Both the position numbers and the translations under genes were made by a program. Below, one piece after another: positions 25,565 through 36,628 of a stretch of 64,000 bases of DNA. Positions within the stretch are counted from its first letter, which is position 1, and each line of letters begins with the position of its first letter. Under the pieces are notes generated by a model, which was given only the letters and a program-made list of their open reading frames with translations, searched no databases and was not told where the DNA came from. The stretch comes from Haliotis rubra (taxonomy: Eukaryota): assembly GCF_003918875.1 (NCBI RefSeq), contig NW_025767209.1:186001-250000 (forward strand). Reading direction: 5' to 3'.

Positions 25565-26630
25565 TATACCATTAAAAAAAAGAAACGCATAACCCAGAAA
25601 TTTGTTGCGAAAATGTTGTATTTTCAAAAATGTATAACCCGTCCACAAACAGACTTCAGGAAATGATTTTTTGCATCAGCTTAGAAGAAGGAAATGTCTA
25701 TACAACCAAGTGGATAATTTTACATAACGGAGACACTGAGCGCCATGGTGGCGACGTAGCACGGACCCGACGTCGGGTCTCCTGGCTCTCAGTCCAATCT
25801 CTCTCAACCCGTTCCGTACAGCTTGATCGGATATCCTCCGAAGTCCAGGCACCCTAGCTGCTGTGCTCTCACCCGTGGCAGTACGATCAAGCAGATGTAG
25901 TACCTGGATGTACCGATCTTGGACTACAGTGGTGACTCGAGGTCTGCCTGTACGGGGAGGGTCATTTGTTATACCTGTTTGGTTGTAAAGAGTTGTAAGC
26001 CGTGATATCGTGCTCAGACTAACATTCAAACGCCTGGCAACAGACGATTGGTAATCTCCAGCGTGTAATCTTCCAATGGTGATGTTCTGTGTCGCAGCGT
26101 CAAGACGTGGCGTAGTGATTTGACCTTGCAACTCCTTCAAAACGAATGCCGATTTCCGAAAGTAATCTGGATTTTTATAACTTCTTTGAGTGGCATATTA
26201 GAAGTTGGGAAGTACAATATAGAACAAACTTTATGGATAATAACTTTTTATGCAACGTTTCGATATAGATTCTTGTACCGTTGACAACGGTACAAGAATC
26301 TGTAATCGGAACGTCGCACTCACGAATAAAAAGAAGTTGTTATCCATAAAGTTTGTTCTATATTGGATTTTTATAGCCAAACAGTGCATGCTTTTTGCTA
26401 CACAATTTAAACTGGAAAGAGATTTCTGTTAGGTTGTGGTGACGCCTTTTTAATCTTTGTAAGAAATCTCATCAGAATCAGTATTTTCAGGTAAAGTCGA
26501 TTTTTTGGGGTGTAAAATCATGTTATCAACATTTTTGTTACATATTTTGACGATTGTTTGAACACAATAGGCAATTAATAGATTTTAAAGAATACAAAAC
26601 GCCTATGCGTTTCTTTTTTGGGATAGTATA
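25565..26630 (-). mobile_element. Tc1/mariner DNA transposon relic, internally deleted
   Basis: Imperfect TIRs (tac.at..aaaaaagaaacgcata / tatgcgtttcttttttgggatagta) flanked by TA. ORF 25676-26140 encodes the paired HTH region and the GRPR motif; the DDE domain is missing. Confidence 0.85.
26180..26363. mobile_element. Palindromic insertion (Penelope-like remnant or MITE) with a 12-bp target-site duplication
   Basis: TGGATTTTTATA at 26168-26179 and 26364-26375. Nested inverted arms caatatagaacaaactttatggataa / ttatccataaagtttgttctatattg and agattcttgtaccgttg / caacggtacaagaatct. Confidence 0.65.
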
Positions 26631-26778
26631 TATTCCCATGTTGTCAGTATGTCTGAGTCTCTGTCTGATAGTTGCTAGTTTTCCACCGACCCCACTACAG
26701 TTTCAGCATTAGCTGAGTACGAAACGACATATTTTACATGAATTCATCATGAAAACTTTAATTGAATTGGTATTGACG

Positions 26779-26985
26779 AACCCGTGAAGATCCGGGTAAG
26801 AATTGATCTTTAACAAACAGGGATCAGATTGTCAAGATCGCTGACCTAGTTGATGCATGTCATCGTATCCCAGTTGTGTAGATCGATGTCCATGCTGTTG
26901 ATCACTGGATTGTCTGGTCCAGACACGATTATTTACTGACCGTCGCCGTATAGCTGGAATATTGCTTAGTGCGGCGTTAAACAAC
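26779..26985 (+). mobile_element. SINE (family B, MESC/Meta-like core), partially deleted
   Basis: acccgtgaagatccgggtaagaattgatc...gtcatcgtatcccagttg...ggattgtctggtccagac...gctggaatattgc, shared with copies at 27958, 39505, 46750 and 63075. Confidence 0.75.
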
Positions 26986-27087
26986 ATATTTGACATGAAT
27001 TTAAAAAAAAAATAATTTAAAAGGCAATATAAAACGCAGAACCAGAGTCAGGTGACGCCACATTTATTGCATGGTCGGGCTGTGTCT

Positions 27088-27164
27088 TTATTTTCCAGAC
27101 ACTACACATCCCCAGCAGAACAGGCACCATCCACCCCACCATCTCTTAGACCGGTTCCTCACAG
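27088..27164 (-). CDS. BRICHOS gene exon 6 (AVRNRSKR-WWGGWCLFCWGCVVSGK*)
   Basis: ttcgcttccacag| acceptor in phase 1, stop TAA at 27090-27088, poly(A) signals downstream. Confidence 0.85.
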
Positions 27165-30100
27165 CTGTGGAAGCGAATAATTGGTTTTTGTATTAGTGAT
27201 TAAACCTGATAAAAATATCGCTGTATCTCTACATCAACACAGCTGTGTACTTTACGGAAGCCGTTTTGGGCCACTCTGGTTGGGTTTTGAGGACATTAAA
27301 AATTTATTTTGAAATTTCAAGATGATGATCTTCAAATTTTAAAATCTTATCTTGACATTTAAAGATCATTGTCTTGAAATTTAAACTTTATGTGAATCTC
27401 GAAATTTCATTTTAGCATCTTCAAATATCAACCTTGGTATTCTTTTCGATATTACTTACAGATGAAGTTGAAAACTTACCACCTCTTTTCGCGGTTACTC
27501 TCGGGACATCTGAAATAGCAATTGTTTACTTGACTACAGCATTTGCATCGTGTAAGCCAGATAAGATTAAAATAACCAGATGACATAAGGATTATTGACG
27601 TCCAGCTGAGTATTGCATATGATCAACCATGACTACGCATCCAATACATATTTAATCTCGTACTCTTGACATATTTGGCTCGTTTCGAAAGGTCGAGAAA
27701 GGACCTCCTGATAGCTCATAGTTTTGTGTGGTGCGCAACGATGACAACCGCTCACCTGCAGCAGCCCTGATCACTTTGCCGTCTTGGAGGAGATGCACTT
27801 TGCAGCCGCTACAGAACTTTGCTATCCTCTTTCCCACTTTCTGTTCGATCTCTTCTGCAGGTAATGGCGTTTTGGGAACGACCCACTCTTCAGTAGCTTG
27901 AACCTTTGGTGCTTTCTCTCCCTGCATGGTGAACACAGGATGAACAGAATGATAGGTTGAGTGAGTGAGTTTAGTTTTACTCCACACTCAGCAATATTCC
28001 AGTTACATGGCGGCGGTCTGTGAAACATCAAGTCTGGACCAGACAATCCTGTGATCAACATCATCGATCCACGCAACTGGGATACGATGACATGTGTCAG
28101 CCAAGTCAGCGAGCCTGACCACCCGATCCCGTTAGTCGCCTCTTATGACAAGCATGGGTTACTGAAGATCAATTCCAAGAAAGAAAGAAAAAGTGTCAGC
28201 GAAAATGGAATAAAATAATGAAAAGCCTCAGTTGCAATATGCATCAGCTGTTAATGTGACACACCTTTTCGATGTTGTCTACGACCTTCTTAATGTCGTC
28301 GTATGTCTCGTCAGATGGCTTCACAAAACAAGTATTTTTTTCGGTGATCTTCATAGCCACTAAGCCCTGCAAAATATACATGAAATAGACGTTTAACTGG
28401 CATATGTCAGATATTTAATACTGTCTCTGAATTTCAAATTTGTTTCCATAATTTATGTTCAGTTTGTTGCAACAATCTTCACCGATTCTCTATCCTACTA
28501 ACCAAGATGTTATTCAATTCCTTGCGCCCCCCTGAACGACCTCATGTAGATGGGTAGCAGCTATCAAATATGTCATCACCCATATACATCACGATGTATG
28601 TTTCTTTGAGAGAGTTATAATTTTAAGTAAGCGTTGTTTCAGCCATGCAGTGACAAGAACAATTTTATTTTTACACATAATATTAATTTAAGCGATTTCT
28701 GTTTAAAACACGCTACAACATGAACTTTGCCACGTCGCTAGCTACCATTGAGCACTTATTTCAGATGCATATATACCTTTGTAAAGTCATGGTAGTTGAT
28801 TATATACAACAATTCAAAACACGTTAAGGCAGCTGAAGGCCTTGGCTAGGTCACTAGCTGGAGATCATGGAGCACTTATTTCAGATGCATATGTACCTTT
28901 GTAAAGTCATGGAACTTCACTATTTGTAAAGTCATGGCAGTTGAGTATTTGTAAAGTCATGGCAGTTGAGTATTTGTAAAGTCATGGTAGTTGACTACCG
29001 TTTAAACCACACAAAGGCAGCCTGACCTTTATACGGAGCATATATTTCAGATGCACGTGTACCTTTGTAAAGTCATGGTAGTTGATTGACTTCTTGAAGC
29101 ATTTTTGAGGCGGGTCAGGTGTTCCTGGGTAGGTTATCATACTGTTGTCGTGCAGCTCGATGTCCATAGGGATGACCTCTCCATTCCCGGGTGTCACGGC
29201 ACCGTGAGCAAACTATAATATAGAGAGATTGTCCTCAGTATACCGTGATTAGAAGTACAAAGTCTTGATCTAAGATATAACCTTGATTTGAACATACCAT
29301 GATATAACGAATACCATTTTTCCTCACATGCCAAACACGTCTGAAAGTTTGGCATGGCTACAATTCACTTCCTAAACTGTGATGATCACGTGGAAAATAA
29401 CGTACAGTATCGTGAGCACACTGGACAATAACGTACATTATCGTGAGCACACTGAACAATAACGTACTGTACCGTGAGCACTCTGGACAATAACGTACAT
29501 TATCGTGAGCACACTGGCCATTAACGTACATTATCGTGAGCACACTGCACAATAACGTACTATTTCGTGAGCACACTGGACAATAACGTACAGCATCTTG
29601 AGCACACTGGACATTAACATACTGTGTCGTGAGCATATTGGACAATAACGTTCTGTACCGTGAGCACACTGGACAATGACGTACAATATATTGAGCACAC
29701 TGGACAATAAAGTTCTCTATCGTGAGCACACTGGACATTAACATACAGTATCTTGAGCACACTGGGCAATAACGTACAGTATCGTGAGCACACAGGACAA
29801 TAACGTACATCATATTCATCACACTGGACAATGACGTACAGTATCTTGAGCACACTGGACAATAACGTACAATATCTTGAGCACACTGGACAATAACGTA
29901 CAGAATCGTAAGCACACTGGACAATAGCGTACAATATCATGAGCACACTGGACAATAACGTACAGTATCTTGATCACACTGGACACTAGCGTACAGTATC
30001 GTGAGCACACTGGACAATAACGTACAGAATCGTGAGCACACTGCACAATAACGTACGGTATCATGAGCACACTGGACAATAACGTACAGTATCATAAGCA

Positions 30101-33100
30101 CACTAGACAATTAAGCACAGCAGCGCGAGCACATTGGACAATATCGTACAGTATCTAGAGCACACTGGACAATAACGTACTGTATCGTGAGCACACTGCG
30201 CAATAACGTACAGTATCGTGAGCACACTGTACAGCATCGTACAATATGTTTAGCACACTGGACAATAAAGCACTGTATCGGAGCACACTGGGCAATAACG
30301 TACAGTATCGTGAGCACACTGTACAGCATCGTACAGTATGTTTAGCACAATGGACAGTACAGCATAGTATCGGAGCACACTGGACAAAAACGTACAGTAT
30401 CGTGAGCACACTGGACAGTAAAGCACAGTATCGGAGCACACTGAACAATAAAGCACTGTATCGTGAGCACACTGGACAATAACGTACGGTATCGTGAGCA
30501 CACTGGACAATAACGTACAGTATCATAAGCACACTAGACAATTAAGCACAGCAGCGCGAGCACATTGGACAATATCGTACAGTATCTAGAGCACACTGGA
30601 CAATAACGTACTGTATCGTGAGCACACTGGGCAATAACGTACAGTATCGTGAGCACACTGTACAGCATCGTACAGTATGTTTAGCACACTGGACAATAAA
30701 GCACTGTATCGGAGCACACTGGGCAATAACGTGCAGTATCGTGAGCACACTGTACAGCATCGTACAGTATGTTTAGCACACTGGACAATAAAGCACTGTG
30801 TCGTAGCACACTGGACAATTACGTACAGTATCTTGAGCACACTGGACAGTAAAGCACAGTATCGGAGCACACTGGACAAAAACGTACAGTATCGTGAGCA
30901 CACTGGACAGTAAAGCACAGTATCGGAGCACACTGAACAATAAAGCACTGTATCGGACGGAGCAGACTGGACAAAAACGTACAGTATCGTGAGCACACTG
31001 GACATTAACGTCCAGTATCGTGAGCACACTGGACAATAACGTACAGTATCTTGAGCACACTGGACAGTAAAGCACAGTATCGTGAGCACACTGGACAATA
31101 ACGTGCAGTATCGTGAGCACACTGGACAATAGCGTACAGTATCCTGAGCACACTAGACAATAACGTACAGTGTCTTGAGCACACTGTACAATAACGTAAA
31201 GCATCGTGAGCACACTGGACAATAACGGAAAGAATTGGGAGCACACTGGACAATAGCGTACAGTATCGTGAGCACACTGGAAAGTAAAGCACAGTATTGT
31301 GAGCACACTGGACAATAACGTACATTATCTTAAGCAGACTGGACAATAAGGTACTCTATCGTGAGCACACTGGCCATTAACGGACAGTATCGTGAGCACA
31401 CTGGACTATAACGTAAAGTATCTTGAGCACACAGGACACTAAAGCACAGTGTCTTGAGCACACTGGACAATAACGTACTGTATCTTGGTCACATTGGACA
31501 ATAAAGCACACTATCGTGAGCACAGTGGACAATAAAGCACTGTATCTTCAGCACACTGGACAATAACGTACGAAATCGTGAGCACACTGGACAATAACGT
31601 ACTGTATCGAGAGCACATTGGACAATATCGAAAAGAATCGTAAGCACACTGGACAATAAAGCACAGTATCGTGAGCACACTGTACAACATCGTACAGTAT
31701 CTTTAGCACAGTGGACAATAACGTGCAGTATCGTGAGCACACTGTACAATAAAGTACTGTATCGTGAGCACACTGGGTAATAACGTACAGTATCGTGAGC
31801 GCACTGGACAATAGCGAACAGTATCTTGGGTACACTGGACAATAACGTAAAGCATCGTGAGCACACTGGCGAATAAAGCACAGTATCGTGAGCACACTGG
31901 ACAATAACGTTCAGTATCGTGAGCACACTGGACAATAAAGCACAGTATCGTGAGCACACTGGACAATAACGTACAGTATCTTGAGCCCACTGGACAATAG
32001 TGTACAGTATCGTGAGCACACTGGACAAAAACGTACAGTATCGTGAGCACACTGGACAATAAAGCACTGTGTCGGAGCACACTGGACAATAACGTACAGT
32101 ATCGTGAGCACACTGGACAGTAAAGCACAGTATCGTGAGCACACTTGACAATAACGTGCAGTATCGTGTGCACACTGGACAATAACGTACAGTATCGTGA
32201 GCAAATTGGGCAATAACGTACAGTATCTTGAGCACACTGTACAATAACGTACAGCATCGTGATCACACTGGACAATAACGTACAGAATCGTGAGCACACT
32301 GGACAATAACGTACAGTATCGTGAGAACACTGGAAAGTAAAGCACAGTATTGTGAGCACACTGGACAATAACGTACATTATCTTAAGCACACTGGACAAT
32401 AAGGTACTCTCTCGTGAGCACACTGGCCATTAACGGACAGTATCCTGAGCACACTGGACAATGGCGTACAGTATCGTGAGCTCACTGGACAATAAAGCTC
32501 TATATCGTGAGCACACTGCACAATAACGTACTGTTCCGTGAGCACACTGGACATTAACGTTCAGAATCGTCAGAACACTGGACATTCAAGTACTGTATCG
32601 TGGGCACATTGGACAATAACGTTCTATATCCCGAACACACTGGACAATGACGTACAATATATTGAGCACACTGGACAATAACGTACAGTATCTTGAGCAC
32701 ACTGGACAGTAAAGCACAGTATCGTGAGCACACTGGAAATAAAGCTCAGTATCCTGAGCACACTGGACAATAACGTACAGTATCGTGAGCTGACTGGACA
32801 ATAACGTACAGAATTGTGAGCACACTGGACAATAGCGTACAGCATCGTGAGCACACTGGACAATAACATACAGTATCGTGAGCACACCGGACAGTAAAGC
32901 ACAGTATCGTGGGCACACTGGACAATAACGTACAGTATCCTCAGCACACTGGACAATAACGTACAGTATATTGAGCACACTGGACAATAAAACACAGTAT
33001 CGTGAGCACACTGGTCAATAACGAACAGTATCGTGAGCACACTGGACAATAACGTACAGTATCTTGAGCACACTAGCCAGTAAAGCACAGTATCGTGAGC

Positions 33101-36100
33101 ACACTGGACAATAAAGCACAGTATCCTGAGCACACTGGACAATAACGTACAGTATCCTGAGCACAGTGGACAATAACGTACAGTATCGTGAGCACACCGG
33201 ACAGTAAAGAACAGTATCGTGAACACACCGGACAATAACGTACTGTATCTTGGTCACATTGGACAATAACGTACAGTATCGTGAGAACACTGGACAATAA
33301 CGTACTGTATCGTGAGCACACTGGACATTAACGTACAGAATCTTGAGCACACTGGACAATATCGTAGAGTATATTGAGCACACTGGACAATAACATACAG
33401 TATGGTGAGTACAATGGGCAATAACGTACGCTATCTTGAACACTAGGGACAATAACGAACAACGTCGTGAGCACACTAGACAATAACGTACAATATCGTT
33501 AGCACACTGGACAATAACGTACAATAGCTTGAGCACACTGGACAATAACGTACTGTATCGTGAGCACACTGGACAATAACGTACAATATCTTGAGCACAC
33601 TGGACACTAACGTACATTATCGTGAGCACACAGGACAATATGGTACAATATCTTGAGCACACTGGACAATAACGTACAGTATCTTGAGCACACTGGACAA
33701 TAACGTACTGTATCTTGAGCACACTGGACAATAACGTACAGTATCCTGAGCACACTGAACAATAACGTACTGTATCTTGAGCACACTGGACAATAACGTA
33801 CAGTAACGTGAGCACACTGGACAATATGGTACAATATCTTGAGCACACTGGACAATAATGTTCAATATCCTGAGCACACTGGACAATAACGTACAGTATC
33901 TTGAACACACTGGACAATAACGTACAGTGTCATGAGCACACGGGACAATAACGTACAGTATCGTGAGCACACTTGACAATAACGTACAGTATGGTGAGCA
34001 CACTGGACAATAACGTACAGTATCGTGAGCACACTGTACAATAAAGTACTGTATCTTGAGCACACTGGGCAATAACGTACAGTATCGTTAGCACACTGTA
34101 CAATAACGTACAGTATCATGAGCACACTGGACAATAACGTACAGCATCGTGTTCACACTAGACAATAACGTACAATATCTTGAGCACACTGGACAATAAC
34201 GTACAGTATCGTGAGCACACTGGACAATAACGTACAGTATCCTGAGCACACTGAACAATAACGTACTGTATCGTGAGCACACTGGACAATCACGTACAAT
34301 ATCTTGAGCACACTGGGCAATAACGTACACTATCTTGAGCACACAGGACAGTAACGTACAGAATCGTGAGCACACTGGACAATAACGTACAATATCATGA
34401 GCACCCTCTATTACTACCTACAGCATACTGAGCACATTGGACAATAACCCATAGCATTCTGAAAACACTTAACTGTACTGTGTTTCACGAATTGGGGACG
34501 TATACCGATGGTTATATAGCCGCAAATTTAGTTATAACGGCGACGCGTAAACAGCGTTACCCCTTTAGTTTAGAGATACATTCAAAGGTTTTGGTGAATC
34601 GGTTTTCAATATGCTGATTATACGGTCAGAAATTTATAGCATTGACCTCAGAACTCGTGTTACATACTAAGTTGAATTAGAATAGAATATAACGTACAGG
34701 ATAGTGAGCACACTATGTTATTACCTACGGTCTACTGAGCACACTGGACAATAACGCACAGTATCATTTAGAAATAAGGTTAGTTGATTCACGCAAAACT
34801 GAAGTATAATGTATAGTGCTTTGAATGTCGTGGTACATTTAGAGTGAGTGAGTGAGTTATTATTTAACGTCACATCGGCAATATTTCAGCCATGTCGTGA
34901 CGAGAACATATGTGACATTGAAATGGAATAGATGTATATTATAAAAACCTGTCCACGAAGGACAGTAAAACAACTAGAATATCACAATTACAACTAAAAC
35001 TATTGTGGAAAATTAAACTGATAGCATTATTTGGACAATACAATATAAAAACTGGCTATAGATCGCCAACAACCGAAGGTAGATCACCAAACTAGGGACC
35101 ATGGGGACTTACATTACTTTTGCTATCTGCATGGACCCTAGTTGGATTTATATCATCCCTTCAGCCGCTGGCGATTGAAGTCAAATTTAGCCAAAATTAA
35201 AATGACAAGAATACTACATTTAAAACAGCTGGTAAATTTAAATTTCCTTTGAATGTTTCAGGACTTACGTACCCTCTCAGGAGGACAATAATTTTACGCT
35301 ACTTCAACCCCCTTTGAGGGTACAGCCACTAACAATCTCAGTTACTAATCTAAACTACCAATAATAAAATATATATCTATTTACAAATCAGTTAACAAGT
35401 CTAATTCTTTTTAAAATGCAATAATTAAATGAGAACTTATATTACTAAAAAGATCCTTCATAGTTTGTGATTTGAAATAGAAATCCCTTGTGATGGAATA
35501 TTCAACACAGTCAAGCAGGACATGATTGACCGTGATTCTTTCATCACAAGGGATACAAAACGGAGGATCCTCACCTTTTAATAAGTACTCATGAGTATGT
35601 CTAGTGTGGCCAATACGACATCGTCGTGTGATGACCTCTTCAAATCTGGACTGACAACCCAAGTAGGTGTAACCGATAGTTGGTTTTAGTGCATGTAATT
35701 TATTGATACCTACTTGGGTGTCCCACTTCTTTTGCATCAGATCACGGATATAACATCTAATAGCAGCTTTGTAATCAGAGTATGGGATCAGAGGTGGTGT
35801 CACAGATTTGTTGAGTGCTGCCTTATCAGCACGATCGGCCATTGTGTTCCCAGAAATGCCAACGTGGCTGGGTAACCAACAAAAGACGATGTCGTATTGG
35901 CCAGTAGCGAGCTCATTATACAATTCAATCATTTCAAATGAAAGTGGATGTTTACAAGAAAGATTCTTAAAAACCTGAGGACACGAAATAGAATCGGAAC
36001 ATATTATGTATTGTTTATATTTACGGTGTTTATTAATATATTTAAGAGCTGTTAATATGGCGTTTGCTTCTGCTGTGAAAATAGAGCTGTTATTTGGTAG

Positions 36101-36628
36101 TCGAAAGGATATTGTTCTGGATCCAATGACAGAGGGTACATTTAGAAATAAGGTTAGTTGATTCACAGGTAACTAAAGTAGAATGTGCAGCGCCCTGAAT
36201 GACACAGCTCATGTAGAAATAAGGTTAGTTGATTCACGGGTAACAAAAGTAGTGTTCTCGTCACTATATGGCTGGAATAATGCCGATGTGACGCAAAACC
36301 CAACTCAACCTCATTCCAACCTCAATCCAACTAAAGTAGAATGTACAGCGCCCTGAATGACACAGCTCATGTAGAAATAAGGTTAGTTGATTCACGGGTA
36401 CCTAAAGTAGAATGTACAGCGCCCTGAATGACACAGCTCATGTAGAAATAAGGTTAGTTGATTCACGGGTAACTAAAGTAGAATGTACAGCGCCCTGAAT
36501 GACACAGCTCATGTAGAAATAAGGTTAGTTGAAACACGGGTAACTAAAGTAGAATGTACAGCCCTTACCTCTGTTGTTCCGCTTGCTCCATGCAGAAGCA
36601 GTGCGACGAGAGTGGCCACAGCAAACAT
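27088..36628 (-). CDS. Secreted BRICHOS-domain prepropeptide, 194 aa, 6 coding exons (36628-36569, 29212-29063, 28366-28265, 27921-27756, 27509-27480, 27164-27088), with C-terminal peptide WWGGWCLFCWGCVVSGK after RSKR
   Basis: All five introns are GT-AG with consistent phases (0,0,0,1,1). The exons total 585 nt, an open frame ending in TAA. Signal peptide MFAVATLVALLLHGASG; BRICHOS hallmarks YHDFTKGLVAMK...TCFV...IAKFC...VHLL; furin site; AATAAA signals overlapping the stop and at 27063-27068. Confidence 0.88.
27480..27509 (-). CDS. BRICHOS gene exon 5, 30-nt micro-exon (DVPRVTAKRG)
   Basis: gctatttcag| ... GTG|GTAAGT, symmetric phase 1-1. Confidence 0.75.
27756..27921 (-). CDS. BRICHOS gene exon 4 (GEKAPK...IAKFCSGCKVHLLQDGKVIRAAA)
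   Basis: catgcag| ... CAG|GTGAGC, 166 nt, containing the second conserved BRICHOS Cys. Confidence 0.9.
27958..28177 (-). mobile_element. SINE family B (MESC/Meta-like core) in BRICHOS intron 3
   Basis: Reverse complement contains aattgatcttcagtaacccatgcttgtcataagaggcgactaacgggatcgggtggtcaggctcgctgac, with a (TCAC)n tail. Confidence 0.85.
28265..28366 (-). CDS. BRICHOS gene exon 3 (GLVAMKITEKNTCFVKPSDETYDDIKKVVDNIEK)
   Basis: ttttgcag| ... AAG|GTGTGT, 102 nt, containing the first conserved BRICHOS Cys. Confidence 0.9.
29063..29212 (-). CDS. BRICHOS gene exon 2 (FAHGAV...SINYHDFTK)
   Basis: tattatag| ... AAG|GTACAC, 150 nt, ending in the BRICHOS HDF motif. Confidence 0.88.
29390..34450. repeat. 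31-bp satellite (GAGCACACTGGACAATAACGTACAGTATCGT)n, about 160 copies, in BRICHOS intron 1
   Basis: Tandem units are directly visible. The Cys-rich ORFs here are frame-cycling translations of the unit. Confidence 0.97.
34844..36134 (-). mobile_element. 5'-truncated RNase H-bearing LINE (I/Nimb-like) with (TCAC)n tail and 12-bp TSD
   Basis: ORF 35411-36130 with SSIFTAEA, IICSDS, WLPSHVGISGNTMADRA and a C-terminal CxxC..H..C. TSD GGTACATTTAGA at 34832-34843 and 36135-36146. Confidence 0.9.
36142..36562. repeat. 71-bp tandem repeat (TAGAAATAAGGTTAGTTGATTCACGGGTAACTAAAGTAGAATGTACAGCGCCCTGAATGACACAGCTCATG), about 5 copies, plus a displaced unit at ~34768-34843
   Basis: Period 71 (36372, 36443, 36514). 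The array starts a few bases inside the intron-1 donor. Confidence 0.9.
36569..36628 (-). CDS. BRICHOS gene coding exon 1 (signal peptide MFAVATLVALLLHGASGTTE)
   Basis: ATG at 36628 and donor GAG|GTAAGG. The acceptor tattccctcag| at 36645 implies an upstream non-coding exon. Confidence 0.75.

Noticed and set aside
29358-34375. Cys-rich ORFs (CPVCSRYC...) resembling metallothionein or zinc-finger proteins
   Set aside because: The 31-bp unit is not a multiple of 3, so all three frames cycle through the same text. It is an intronic satellite.
16777-36628. Signal-peptide exon at 36628-36569 as the first exon of the perlucin-like gene
   Set aside because: It joins in frame to the nearer BRICHOS exons, and that gene has its own stop and poly(A) signals at ~27060-27090, well before the lectin exon.
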